DNA of 20,000 nt from an uncultured virus (IMG/VR IMGVR_UViG_3300035495_000309) (lineage: Duplodnaviria > Heunggongvirae > Uroviricota > Caudoviricetes), in the IMG/VR virus record IMGVR_UViG_3300035495_000309; one strand, given 5' to 3'. Below the pieces are notes generated by a model. The model worked only from the letters and a program-made list of their open reading frames with translations, was not told the origin of the DNA and did no database searches. Shown one piece after another: positions 1-9,637 of the stretch. The position numbers were made by a program, and so were the translations under genes. Position 1 is the stretch's first letter, and every line of letters begins with the position of its first letter.

Positions 1-567
1 TCCGGCTTCTGCATCCTCACTTTCAAGGACCTCGTTTAAAACATCACTGACTGTATTCTCAATACCTTTGAGTCTGTTGATGGCCTCTGTGATATGTTGC
101 TTGATCTCTTCTGTACTCATCTCTTCAGAACCGCAAAGATCACTGATCGATTTTCCAACATAATCATCCGGATCAAGATCATCGGGAATCCTATCATATT
201 CTTCAACGTAGCAATCACCCTTCCAATACTCATTGATCGGAGCGTTTGTGATGAAGAGGATATCTTCACCATCGGTTTCTTCTTCAGCCGATACCTGAAT
301 CTCCGGTACATACCCATCCTCAACGTAAATCCGAATAGCCTCACTCTTACTATGAATAATAGCGTTCCAGAAATTCTCATCGCTGGTTAAACCTTCAGCT
401 GAGACAACCCAATCCGGATTATTGATGGTGAAGATCGACCACACATGGTTTCTAACGGTAGCCATACAGAGCTTCCCGAATTCTCCATCTGGTAAATAGA
501 GCACCTTCTTAATGTGCTCTGTATTCTCACTGTTAATACGACGAGTGTAAACATTGTAACCTTTCAT
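1..567 (-). CDS. Acidic hypothetical phage protein, partial (runs off the left edge), starting MKGYNVYTRRINSENTEHIKK
   Basis: Manual translation: ATG at 567, GGAGGG RBS at 575-580, 189 codons with no stop to position 1. It is missing from the ORF track because no stop lies in the window. Confidence 0.8.
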   Translation of the reverse strand, partial: MKGYNVYTRRINSENTEHIKKVLYLPDGEFGKLCMATVRNHVWSIFTINNPDWVVSAEGLTSDENFWNAIIHSKSEAIRIYVEDGYVPEIQVSAEEETDGEDILFITNAPINEYWKGDCYVEEYDRIPDDLDPDDYVGKSISDLCGSEEMSTEEIKQHITEAINRLKGIENTVSDVLNEVLESEDAEAG

Positions 568-579
568 TTCATTTCCCTC

Positions 580-1311
580 CTACTTCATCAACTTATCAAC
601 AAGCTTCGTAAGTACAAAGCCTCCAACAACACCGGCACTAACACCGATAATCAGAGAAGTCTTATCGATGACTTTCTCTTCATGCTCTGTCGCAAAGATC
701 TCTTTCCAATCTTCGGCAGATTCTTTTGCCATATTCATTACACCGCTGACATAGTCTTCGGCATCATCATAGAGCTTTTCGAGTGCCGCTGCATATTCAT
801 CAGCAGTTTTATTCAGTTTTTCAACATCTGGTTCAGCCTTTGGTGCTTCCGGCTCTGGTGAATCTGTCTTAAGCGGAATATCCTTAACATCCGGAACTTC
901 AACAAACGGATTCTCATCATCTTCGACTTCATTCCAGTCTGCAATGGCGTCAACTTCACTCTCCACTTCAACCTCGCCGCTATCCAGAACCTTAAGACCG
1001 AGATCATCCATCATGGTGATTGAGATCAACTTAACAGAATCCAGTTCATTGAGAAATGCGACGATCTCCGCGGATGTCTTATAGCTGTTATAGTTGTTCT
1101 CCTCTTTCACAAGGTTCTTCATATCCAATTCCGGATTGAATGCCCTTACAACCATCGGATTTCTACTGTGGATATTATACTCCTTCCACAAACCGTGCTC
1201 GCGATTGTAGAGAATGAAAAATCCATCAACCCACGCATACATTACCTCATCAGCGTGAGATACAATCTCTGGTGTTACATGCTCTTTCTTTAAAACATAA
1301 TTGTGTCTCAT
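580..1311 (-). CDS. Acidic hypothetical protein with C-terminal membrane anchor
   Basis: 243-aa ORF with AAAGGAG RBS and a hydrophobic C-terminal segment LIIGVSAGVVGGFVL followed by basic residues. Confidence 0.8.
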   Translation of the reverse strand: MRHNYVLKKEHVTPEIVSHADEVMYAWVDGFFILYNREHGLWKEYNIHSRNPMVVRAFNPELDMKNLVKEENNYNSYKTSAEIVAFLNELDSVKLISITMMDDLGLKVLDSGEVEVESEVDAIADWNEVEDDENPFVEVPDVKDIPLKTDSPEPEAPKAEPDVEKLNKTADEYAAALEKLYDDAEDYVSGVMNMAKESAEDWKEIFATEHEEKVIDKTSLIIGVSAGVVGGFVLTKLVDKLMK

Positions 1312-1371
1312 AGTGACTCCTTTCTTTCACACCTTAAAGGGGTTTTGTGTGATCCCTTTGATACGACGACA

Positions 1372-1402
1372 AAAAATAAGGGAGCGATTTTTCACGCTCC
1401 CT
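1372..1402 (-). terminator. Intrinsic terminator hairpin
   Basis: AGGGAGCG/CGCTCCCT inverted repeat (1379-1386, 1395-1402), followed by a T-tract on the minus strand. Confidence 0.65.
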
Positions 1403-1417
1403 AAAAATACTATAAAA

Positions 1418-1546
1418 TCATTCCACAGCTTTCTTCGCCTTTCTTTTTTCCCGCCGATTCATCACGAATGATACGGCAGTCGTCATTGCGATTACACGAA
1501 TCAATGATTCAACTACAAGTTTCCCAATCGATTTCTCTTCTTTCAT
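1418..1546 (-). CDS. Small 42-aa protein MKEEKSIGKLVVESLIRVIAMTTAVSFVMNRREKRKAKKAVE, possibly membrane-associated
   Basis: Manual translation, strong AGGAGG RBS at about 1555-1560, promoter-like motif upstream and terminator directly downstream. Below the ORF-track length cut-off. Confidence 0.7.
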   Translation of the reverse strand: MKEEKSIGKLVVESLIRVIAMTTAVSFVMNRREKRKAKKAVE

Positions 1547-1641
1547 CTTATTTTCCTCCTTGGAATAAATTCAACATGAGATTTCTTTCTCTCTCACATC
1601 AATTAAATATTACATAAATAAAATCAGAGGAAATGCAAAAG

Positions 1642-2385
1642 CTAGAGTAACATCATAAGAAACTTCAAAATCAATTGCAAGTTATAAGAAGTATCAACCA
1701 GCTCCAGATTTTCTGTATATTCTTCATCTGCATATCTCCCATCAAAATAATGGAAGTTACTTCTTGCATTGAATTCTCTGTAATATCCAGGGTCTAATTT
1801 TCTCCATTTGTATTGGTCATAAAAATCCCTGATATATCTTAAATAAGAATCCCTTGGTGTTGCTTCAATGCGATGAATCATATCGTTTAAAAAGGAACCG
1901 AAATACATGCTATGCTTTGTTTCATAGATTTCGTCATCAATTCCTTTTATATCTAACCCTTCTGGTTTCTTAAATATCTTAACTCCCAAATTCACATAAG
2001 AAGTATAAGCATTCTTCTTTCGAAAATTAATATTCTTAGTCACTTGCTCGTGCTCTACATAACGGGTAACAAAGATTGCATCCCTATGAATGGATACAAC
2101 CTCTTCCTCTAAAATCTCATTTTGTTCAAAAAAGAACTTCCTGGCTGCTTCAAAGGCAATTTTCTCTTTTGCAGAATACCCTTCTGTATCTCTCTTGATA
2201 CAACCAATAGCAATCTCTCGTTCTTTCTTTGGTAAATTTTCTATCTTGCGAATTTCTTCTTCTGGCAATAAGTCGAATTCTCTCGCAAGCGAAGTATTTG
2301 CACTCTTCATATCATACTCAATAATCGTATAGTTGAAGAGTGCATTCAGTGGTGTATCATAGCTGTCTCTTGACCATAAAGCCAT
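1642..2385 (-). CDS. Putative minimal DNA polymerase palm-like (family B-like) subunit
   Basis: IIEYDMKSANTS resembles PolB motif A (hhxhDxxSxYPS) and VSIHRDAIFV resembles motif C (YxDTDSxFV). Only 247 aa, no exonuclease domain. Motif resemblance only. Confidence 0.5.
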   Translation of the reverse strand: MALWSRDSYDTPLNALFNYTIIEYDMKSANTSLAREFDLLPEEEIRKIENLPKKEREIAIGCIKRDTEGYSAKEKIAFEAARKFFFEQNEILEEEVVSIHRDAIFVTRYVEHEQVTKNINFRKKNAYTSYVNLGVKIFKKPEGLDIKGIDDEIYETKHSMYFGSFLNDMIHRIEATPRDSYLRYIRDFYDQYKWRKLDPGYYREFNARSNFHYFDGRYADEEYTENLELVDTSYNLQLILKFLMMLL

Positions 2386-2388
2386 AAT

Positions 2389-3024
2389 TTATCCCTCTTT
2401 AAAGTTGTCTTCTAACAACTTTCTCATCTCATCAAGATCGAGTCCATCATAATCAAGTTTACGATGTTTCAACTCTTTCTTTACTTTCTTCTTTGATAAT
2501 CCTGTTACATATCTACGAACTTCAGCTGGTCGCATCTTCATTCGGTGCAACCGTTTTACCTCTTTCTTATAATACAACAGGCGTTCCAACACATCTTCCA
2601 AATCAAAACTCCGTTCTTCCGGATATAAACAGACTGGAAAATGTAAAAGATCTTCAATCGTCTCAGCAATAATTTGCATATACCCAGAACGCAATTCATT
2701 TGGACTGCATAAAAATAGTGTATTCTCATCTGCAACCAAGAATGCTTGTACTGTTGAAATGATTAGATCTAGTGATTTTGGTTCCCTGAGAAGAAAAAAT
2801 TTAAATTTTTCTTTTGCCAATTCGGAGTCGGAATCTAATTCCATCCCGACTCCTTTTAACATCCCAGAGTTGATAAACATGTTTGAAGCCATAAGCACAT
2901 TGTCATATTCTTTCGTCACTTTAATGCGACTACTGATGATAATGAAATTGGTCTTCTTAATTACCTCTGGGTCTTCCTTGGCATATTTCTTCATAAGGGT
3001 TATCGTATCTGCGTAATAAATCAT
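2389..3024 (-). CDS. Hypothetical phage protein
   Basis: 211-aa ORF packed in the minus-strand operon, with a GGGGGTG RBS. Confidence 0.75.
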   Translation of the reverse strand: MIYYADTITLMKKYAKEDPEVIKKTNFIIISSRIKVTKEYDNVLMASNMFINSGMLKGVGMELDSDSELAKEKFKFFLLREPKSLDLIISTVQAFLVADENTLFLCSPNELRSGYMQIIAETIEDLLHFPVCLYPEERSFDLEDVLERLLYYKKEVKRLHRMKMRPAEVRRYVTGLSKKKVKKELKHRKLDYDGLDLDEMRKLLEDNFKEG

Positions 3025-3046
3025 TTACTTCACCCCCGAAGTTTCT

Positions 3047-4717
3047 TTAACCTCTGTTGACTCCGATGATCATCTGATCTTCGTCTACTTCTTCTTTCGC
3101 TTCAGAGGTTTCTGCTTTTTGTACTTCGTGTGCTTCAGAAGATTCTTCACGTCGTTCTTCTTCTCTCTCTTTTTCGACTTCTTCTTCTGCTGGTACAACA
3201 TCCTGCTGATATCCGACTGATTGTGAGCTACTTCTTTCATCATCTTCCGCTGCTCCTTCTCTGTTTCCCTCGACCGGAGATACATTTCGATCATCGCTCG
3301 AATCTGTGTATCTGTTCCCAGCCCCATCTGATACAGCATGTTCATTGTGTACTTGAACATTGTCGGTTTCTGCTGAAGAATCTGAAAGATCTGCTCTTGT
3401 GTTAGCGGCGTCTGCTGGAAAGCTGGCATCATCAACTGATGCACCTTCTCTTTCTGCGTTCTCCGCGTCTGGATTTACGTATCCACCGATTTTGTGTTCA
3501 CTGTTATACTGTGCAGCCCAAGCAGCTAATGCTTCCGGGGTCATTGCAGCTTCGGTCCCATTCGGTGCCTGATCATATGGATTCTCTTCCTCTGGTGCAG
3601 CATCTTCAGAATCATCATAATTCTCATCTGCCGGATACTTCTCATCAGGATCTCTGTAGATGTTGAACATGGTCCCAAGCCCATAGAACATACATTCATC
3701 GATGTCTGTTGCTGTAGTAATTGGAGCCAGGAACTCTGCATTCTGAAGAACGCCTTCCTCATCGTACTCCATTGTATCCTTGATACCTTCAAAGAAATTG
3801 GTGATGTCTTTCTCATCCAGAAGCTCTTCCATATAGCAAGATAATCCACCGGACATATCCTTGAAGTTAATCCAGCGGAGCTCATGCATCTGTCTCTGTA
3901 ATGTAGAGAGTGTAAGGATGAGTGCATCCGGGTCATCCATATGATCGCTGATAATATCGATCCACTCATCTATCAAACGATCCGGAATCATATAACCGAA
4001 AACATATTCCGGCGCATCATCTGAAATACAGAGTGTTGTATATCTCATGTCGATTACATCGACATCATGGTGAAGTGTTTCTTCATGAAACTCCTCTTTA
4101 TCCATGATAAGCGACGGCATTCCCCAAAGTACATGGGAACTTGCCATTCCATAGGCAAGTGACATGAGAGACCCCTGGATCTGCTCCTCATCGGTTCTTC
4201 CATCATTTACAAGTGGAATATTTCTTACAGAGAATTCCTCCGCTCCTTCCTTTGCATAAGGAATCATCAGACAGTTACCAGCCCAATCATGAACCTGGAT
4301 GAAAAGTTTTCCACCACGCTCAATATCCTGTACGAATGGAAGGGACTCGGAAGACATTGTGACAGTAACTGTCGTGCCTTTATTTGCATCTTCAGGCTTC
4401 TCATTTACTACTGGAGCCTTCGGCTGTTCTGTATATACAGGACGCTCAACCGGCTTTGGTGCAGGTGCAACTGTTTCAACCGGAGTCTGATAATTCCTCG
4501 GAGTCTCCTGTCTTCTCGGAACACCAACCTCCATTAATGCTTCATCAATGACTCTCTGTGAAGCTTCTTTTGTTGCCATCGGTGCATTTCCTGATCTCAC
4601 ACCGTACTGCTTGCGAATCATTTCCTCTAATGCCGAATCAGAAAAGAGGGCCTGTTCATTCAGGTCCCCTTTCATCTCATTCGTTGTCCATCTTCTTTTG
4701 CCTTTCTTTTTACCCAT
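3047..4717 (-). CDS. Large acidic hypothetical protein with disordered termini
   Basis: 556-aa ORF with AAGGAGG RBS, overlapping the upstream stop. D/E-rich C-terminal third. Confidence 0.8.
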   Translation of the reverse strand: MGKKKGKRRWTTNEMKGDLNEQALFSDSALEEMIRKQYGVRSGNAPMATKEASQRVIDEALMEVGVPRRQETPRNYQTPVETVAPAPKPVERPVYTEQPKAPVVNEKPEDANKGTTVTVTMSSESLPFVQDIERGGKLFIQVHDWAGNCLMIPYAKEGAEEFSVRNIPLVNDGRTDEEQIQGSLMSLAYGMASSHVLWGMPSLIMDKEEFHEETLHHDVDVIDMRYTTLCISDDAPEYVFGYMIPDRLIDEWIDIISDHMDDPDALILTLSTLQRQMHELRWINFKDMSGGLSCYMEELLDEKDITNFFEGIKDTMEYDEEGVLQNAEFLAPITTATDIDECMFYGLGTMFNIYRDPDEKYPADENYDDSEDAAPEEENPYDQAPNGTEAAMTPEALAAWAAQYNSEHKIGGYVNPDAENAEREGASVDDASFPADAANTRADLSDSSAETDNVQVHNEHAVSDGAGNRYTDSSDDRNVSPVEGNREGAAEDDERSSSQSVGYQQDVVPAEEEVEKEREEERREESSEAHEVQKAETSEAKEEVDEDQMIIGVNRG

Positions 4718-5942
4718 TTTGATTTTCCTCCTTAATCTTGTACTGCTCTAAAGCATTATCATAATAACCAGCTGCTAAACGATCTTCGAATTCTTCGAAT
4801 GTTTCAGGAGCTGGGTCATTGTTATTGACATGTCGACGCCCAAATTTAAACATAGATTCTCCAGACTTCTTACGTTCTTTCTTAATCTTGCTGTAAATTC
4901 TTGCATACGCCCCATGTACGAATTTTGGATTAAACGGCTTTGACTCCTCTGTTTGAGTTAATATATAGCCTTTCTCTCTGATATCACCAATCTCTTCTTC
5001 TTGATCTTTCCTGGAAATTCGTTTTCTGATATCGCGGAACGAATACTTCTTTCCACATGTATTACAAATCAGATTATTAAACTCCTTATCATAATAAAGA
5101 ACAGAACTTGGTGAGCATTGGCACTGGAACTGCTTAAACTTTACAGAATAGATGTATGCATAATCCAAGATTACAATGCTTCCATCATCTCGAAATCCCC
5201 AGTTTACATAATTCGTAGAATTAATTCCAACATCACCAATCATGAAATCTGTTGCAATATCTGTAAGAATCTCTCCCATACGAATCGTGTTCTTCCAGAA
5301 ATCATCGATTGTGAAGATTTCTACATATTCAAACACTGCAATGAGTCCGTCTGCATATGTCTCATAACACTTGATCACATATGGTTGTAATGGAATTGAG
5401 TAAATAAACTCTCGCTTATTATCAATCTTTCCATCATCATCACATGCAATCTTTATTACATATCCATCGACCATTCCTGCCCAACGATTCGTTCCACCAC
5501 CTAATGGGGAATATTCTTTTCCCCATTCATCCAACTTCTCTCGATATAGAGAAATCTTCTGATTATTCGTGATGGTAAACGTACGCTGAATCTTCTCGAT
5601 TTCCATTGCCTGCTCTACGGTAAAGATCTCAAGCAACAAGCTCCGATACACTCTCTCCTTTGGATAATACTTCGGAGCCGCTGCTTCGATATCTTCATCG
5701 GTAATTCTTCTGGAAGAGAAAGTATCTTCCTCTTCCTTTTCATCTTTTCCAACCTTAACACCAAATTGATCTTCTGGATTTTCCGGATAAATTCTACTGG
5801 CATTGATTGGATCATGCTCTTTTAAATACTGATCATAATTATACTCCTCGGCTAAAGTTTCATCTTCTTCTAACTGTGCTAATTCCGCAGCTAAAGATTC
5901 TCTTTCAGCCTGAGATAACATCTCTCCAATATTAAATCCCAC
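4710..5942 (-). CDS. Protein-kinase-like fold protein with C-terminal Zn ribbon
   Basis: Gly loop LGGGTNR, beta-3 Lys (YVIKIA), helix-C Glu (DNKRE), catalytic-loop-like DVGINSTNYVN and DFG-equivalent ILDYAY, followed by CQC...CNTC. Confidence 0.7.
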   Translation of the reverse strand: MGFNIGEMLSQAERESLAAELAQLEEDETLAEEYNYDQYLKEHDPINASRIYPENPEDQFGVKVGKDEKEEEDTFSSRRITDEDIEAAAPKYYPKERVYRSLLLEIFTVEQAMEIEKIQRTFTITNNQKISLYREKLDEWGKEYSPLGGGTNRWAGMVDGYVIKIACDDDGKIDNKREFIYSIPLQPYVIKCYETYADGLIAVFEYVEIFTIDDFWKNTIRMGEILTDIATDFMIGDVGINSTNYVNWGFRDDGSIVILDYAYIYSVKFKQFQCQCSPSSVLYYDKEFNNLICNTCGKKYSFRDIRKRISRKDQEEEIGDIREKGYILTQTEESKPFNPKFVHGAYARIYSKIKKERKKSGESMFKFGRRHVNNNDPAPETFEEFEDRLAAGYYDNALEQYKIKEENQNG

Positions 5943-7357
5943 TACTTACCACTCCCTTTCCACATCATGTTCTTCATCTTCTTCTCATAATCTTTCATGG
6001 TTGCTTCATCAGAACCTACCATGTCTAATAAGAGAGAATCGAATGAACTCGCTTTCTTCTTAGCTTCTTTTGATACTTTCTTTTTCTTCTGCTTCTTCAT
6101 TTTCTTGTTGATCTTCTGCTCGGTTTCACTATTGTATGCCTGGATACTTCCATTGATTCCTTCCAGATTTGCTGAATTCTGCTTCGTCTTAAGATCAGAT
6201 AACATCTTCTTCAAAGACTTGATCTGCTTCTTCTGAGCTGCTCTTGTCTTTTCAAGCTTCTTCTGCCTCTCTTTATTGCCGTAAAGATTACGCAGATTGT
6301 ATCCATTCTCTTCAAGCATCTTCTTATATTCCAGCTCTTCCTTCTGTGCTTCTGTAATGGTGTTTTCTCCATACTTCACTAAATTATGCTGCTTTTCCCA
6401 CTGCTCCATCTCGAACATATAACGACTAACAGCTTCTTCATCCATAAGAGAACCATTAAATTCTGGACGAACATCACCAAGCTTTCGATCTCTCTCATCC
6501 TGGAATTCGCGAATCCATTTAAGATCATCTTCCTGAATCTGCCACAGATAGGTCTTCTCTCTCTTAGAATCGTGATCCATTTCACGAATCATCTTCTCAT
6601 ATCCCGGGAAGTGTTTTACAAGTGCTTTTCTTTGCCGCTTCGTTTCTGGTAATACGAAACCACCATCTCCACTTGTATAACTTGCTTTCGTCGGAGCTTT
6701 GTAACTCATAATCCGCTTTGCAAATTCATTATAAGTTGCTTCTCCCATGTACTGCTTGACTTCATCGATATCAACTTCTTTCTCTTCCTTGACTTCCTCT
6801 TCTCTACATTTTGAAGTGGATTGACTCTTAAGAAGTTCATCAATATCTCGATTTGGATTCAAGATATATTCAATGATATAATCCCAGTTTAAGGTCTTCT
6901 TTCCTTTTCCTTGATACTTTGGAATTGTAAGTCCTGCGATCTTAAGCTTCCCCTGAAGAACTTTCAAGATGAATTCATCTGGATCCATAACTCCATTCTT
7001 TTCTGCGGTATCCATGACGATTTCTACGACTAAACGACAGGCTTCAATATACTTGTCCAATCTTCGGATCTTCTTTGTATAATTTCGCCTTAAATGGAAG
7101 AACTTCGAGTACCGCTTACGCTGTGCTTCTCGTTCTTCCCGTGACATGTGATAATCATCCTCAAAATCCTGGACGACTACCTGTGAATAAGTTTCCCTCA
7201 TTTTGGCTAATTCTTCTGGAGGGATATATTCATTTTCAATCGTTCGCTTCTTTACTTTTAGGAATTCACTAGGAACTTCCCCTCTACTGGCCATTTCTTG
7301 TCTAGTCTTCTCTTCTACGTAGTTTTGATTCCTAGACGCGTCTAAAGATATGCCCAT
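5942..7357 (-). CDS. Highly charged, probably coiled-coil hypothetical protein
   Basis: 471-aa K/E-rich ORF with AAAGGAG RBS, first gene after the promoter-like motif at 7390-7405. Confidence 0.8.
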   Translation of the reverse strand: MGISLDASRNQNYVEEKTRQEMASRGEVPSEFLKVKKRTIENEYIPPEELAKMRETYSQVVVQDFEDDYHMSREEREAQRKRYSKFFHLRRNYTKKIRRLDKYIEACRLVVEIVMDTAEKNGVMDPDEFILKVLQGKLKIAGLTIPKYQGKGKKTLNWDYIIEYILNPNRDIDELLKSQSTSKCREEEVKEEKEVDIDEVKQYMGEATYNEFAKRIMSYKAPTKASYTSGDGGFVLPETKRQRKALVKHFPGYEKMIREMDHDSKREKTYLWQIQEDDLKWIREFQDERDRKLGDVRPEFNGSLMDEEAVSRYMFEMEQWEKQHNLVKYGENTITEAQKEELEYKKMLEENGYNLRNLYGNKERQKKLEKTRAAQKKQIKSLKKMLSDLKTKQNSANLEGINGSIQAYNSETEQKINKKMKKQKKKKVSKEAKKKASSFDSLLLDMVGSDEATMKDYEKKMKNMMWKGSGK

Positions 7358-7389
7358 TTTGCAAACTCTCCTTTCTTATACTACTAAAT

Positions 7390-7405
7390 AGATGATATAT
7401 AAATG
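7390..7405 (-). promoter_or_regulatory. Candidate phage promoter motif CATTTATATATCATCT
   Basis: One of 4-5 similar CAYTTATATAHYATYT copies, each upstream of an operon start in the same orientation. Confidence 0.55.
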
Positions 7406-7541
7406 ATTTTCAAGTTGATTTTTACATCTCTATTATTTTCTGGGTTAAATATAGAATTACAAATCATAACATGATTGTAATGGTCATAACAGATCAGGCA
7501 AACCCACAGCTTGTTAAGTTGATCGTTTTACGACTCCGGTG

Positions 7542-7588
7542 AAAGAGGGAACGCAGCGTATTCTTTATTACGCGTGCGTTCCCCTTTT
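7542..7588. terminator. Terminator hairpin downstream of 7596..8288
   Basis: GGGAACGCA-GCGTA / TACGC-G-TGCGTTCCC stem flanked by short A and T runs. Confidence 0.6.
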
Positions 7589-7595
7589 GCTGCCG

Positions 7596-8288
7596 TTATG
7601 CAGCATTTGTAACTTCGGCTTTTACTTCTACCTCGTCTTCCATTTTAACAGGCATCTCGAAACCATCCACATTGATGTATGTGAACTTTTCCTTCAAAAC
7701 ATCGAAAGAGTTCGAATTCAATTCTTTAGTCCTTTCAATTGCCTGCTCAATCTTCCTTCGAATCCCAGCATTTTCTTTCATATCCAGTTCTTCCTGGTAC
7801 ATCTCAAGGAATGTACGGAAATCACCAAATACCATGTAAAGTGGGATTGTAAGTTTATCCGATTTATGGACAACTTCGTGAAGTGTTTTACTAAGAGGAA
7901 TTAACCCTACCTGATTCATATAATGAATTCGGGTTACCTCCTCTGCAAGAAGTAAGGTGTTTATTTCTTCACCTGTACGAATAGCTCTGTCTAATACCAA
8001 CTTTGTGATATCATATAATGTAAGCGGCGCATGATGAACCTCAATACGAACTTTCTTATTATTCGCCTTTGAGACGTTATTAAAGAAAGCACAAGCATCC
8101 ATCCCTACATTGGCACGTAAATATGCAATGTAATCAGAATACTCTAAGGATGCTCGTACTTCAGCTTCAACAGCCTTTACGATATTATTCTTTTCAGTAT
8201 CGGTTTCACAAGCTTCCTGGTATTCAAATTCTCCAGGATTCTCGAATACGACAACTTCAATATTGTCATTTGATTCAGTCGAAACCAT
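7596..8288 (-). CDS. Hypothetical protein, possibly HNH-like fold
   Basis: 230 aa with GGAGGT RBS. The pattern CAFF...IEVHH...GLIPLSKTLHEVVH resembles HNH (EhHH...Nh..LC..CH...H) with degenerate Cys/Asn positions. Confidence 0.55.
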   Translation of the reverse strand: MVSTESNDNIEVVVFENPGEFEYQEACETDTEKNNIVKAVEAEVRASLEYSDYIAYLRANVGMDACAFFNNVSKANNKKVRIEVHHAPLTLYDITKLVLDRAIRTGEEINTLLLAEEVTRIHYMNQVGLIPLSKTLHEVVHKSDKLTIPLYMVFGDFRTFLEMYQEELDMKENAGIRRKIEQAIERTKELNSNSFDVLKEKFTYINVDGFEMPVKMEDEVEVKAEVTNAA

Positions 8289-8327
8289 GCTATCACCTCC
8301 TTTAAAGAAGTGTAGAGACCTGAGTTT

Positions 8328-8963
8328 CTAAACAAAAGCTGTTGCTGCAGCAAGTTCCATTTCTGTTAAGTCTTCTTCTCGTTTGCATTCACAGGTAGAA
8401 ATGAAATCATCTCTATAATATTTCCCGTAAAGATACATGTAAACAGCAAACATATCGTATTGAAGTCCAATATCAGTAACGCCCTCGGCAGTATTTCCAA
8501 GGCCTACATTGAAATGCTCAATCACACGGTTATACCGAAGAGCATATAATGCTTGCCGATATTCTGGTTGGAATATCTCAATTGGAAGAACTCCAGGGAG
8601 CTGACTAAAGATTGCATGTACATCACAAGTGTGATTTAAAAACTCCAGTTCATTTTCTGTATATAATACTTTGATGAATGATGGAATCCGGTATTCATCA
8701 TCACTTGTAATGAGCGTTTCAAAATAGCTCTCACTAAGAAGTCTACTGCGATTCGCAATGAGATATTCATCGACGTTGTCATCATCAATATTGTCAGAAC
8801 GCTCGATAAATAAATCCATATTCCTTTGCTTTCTGAATCTTTTTGCATATTCCTTTTCCTGTGTTAATGCATAAAGAGGATACGCATAACGAAGTTCATC
8901 TTTCGATACCCTTTTTCCCTCTTCCGGCTTTAAATAAAACCTCCAAACTTTCATAAATCTCAC
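8328..8963 (-). CDS. Hypothetical protein, tandem paralogue family member 4
   Basis: KVWRFYL...LYALTQEKEYAKRFRKQRN...IFQPEYRQAL motifs shared with its neighbours. Confidence 0.8.
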   Translation of the reverse strand: MRFMKVWRFYLKPEEGKRVSKDELRYAYPLYALTQEKEYAKRFRKQRNMDLFIERSDNIDDDNVDEYLIANRSRLLSESYFETLITSDDEYRIPSFIKVLYTENELEFLNHTCDVHAIFSQLPGVLPIEIFQPEYRQALYALRYNRVIEHFNVGLGNTAEGVTDIGLQYDMFAVYMYLYGKYYRDDFISTCECKREEDLTEMELAAATAFV

Positions 8964-9637
8964 GTCCTTTCTTCTGTCTCGTAAATAGAGCTATAAACAC
9001 GGTCCATCCTAAATAATTCCTGATAATACTCAAAGAAGATAGCAACCTCATCAATTACAACAGATGGTTCCACTGAACTCTCTCCGAAAACGATCAACTG
9101 TGTATACATGACCAAATCAAGAATTCCAGCAGTTACTAAAGCTTCTCGGAATTCTTTCTTTGCACATTTGATAAGAATGCTCATTGTTCGGATCATCTCC
9201 TTTGGGTATTTATCAACAATCATATCGTCATAATACTCTAAGGTATTATCAATGATTTGATGTTCATGGGGAGGAATTGGGATTTTTATTTCAATATCTC
9301 CATGATCATTCCCACCCATACCTGGAAAATTATAGGATGGGGTTGCAATTCCATCGACTGTGATTTCATACATTCGATTTCTCGATTCAAAGTCTTCAAG
9401 CTCTTCTTTTGTATAATCTCTGATGTCTTTTTCCTTTACGACAAACCTATTCTCATTTCGGTAATACATGAATTTCTTTAGCATCTTCTTACTGAATGTA
9501 TAGGCGTAGTAATATGCTTCTTGCTTACTGTAAGATACGAAATCTCCATTTCCCTCTCGAAAACTCAAATCTTCTATAATAACAGCGTTCTCGAAAGGTC
9601 CTACAATATAAATCAAATATAAATGCTTATGCGCCAT
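8960..9637 (-). CDS. Hypothetical protein, tandem paralogue family member 3
   Basis: HLYLIYI...YYAYTFSKKMLKKFMYYRN...KKEFREAL motifs. Confidence 0.8.
   Translation of the reverse strand: MAHKHLYLIYIVGPFENAVIIEDLSFREGNGDFVSYSKQEAYYYAYTFSKKMLKKFMYYRNENRFVVKEKDIRDYTKEELEDFESRNRMYEITVDGIATPSYNFPGMGGNDHGDIEIKIPIPPHEHQIIDNTLEYYDDMIVDKYPKEMIRTMSILIKCAKKEFREALVTAGILDLVMYTQLIVFGESSVEPSVVIDEVAIFFEYYQELFRMDRVYSSIYETEERT

Noticed and set aside
94..861. Track ORFs 94..390 (+), 117..380 (-) and 514..861 (+)
   Set aside because: They are antisense or out-of-frame overlaps of the better supported minus-strand genes 1..567 and 580..1311.
7469..7480. AR9-type late promoter AACA-N6-TA
   Set aside because: Only one clean match was seen and the motif is too short to be significant in AT-rich DNA.
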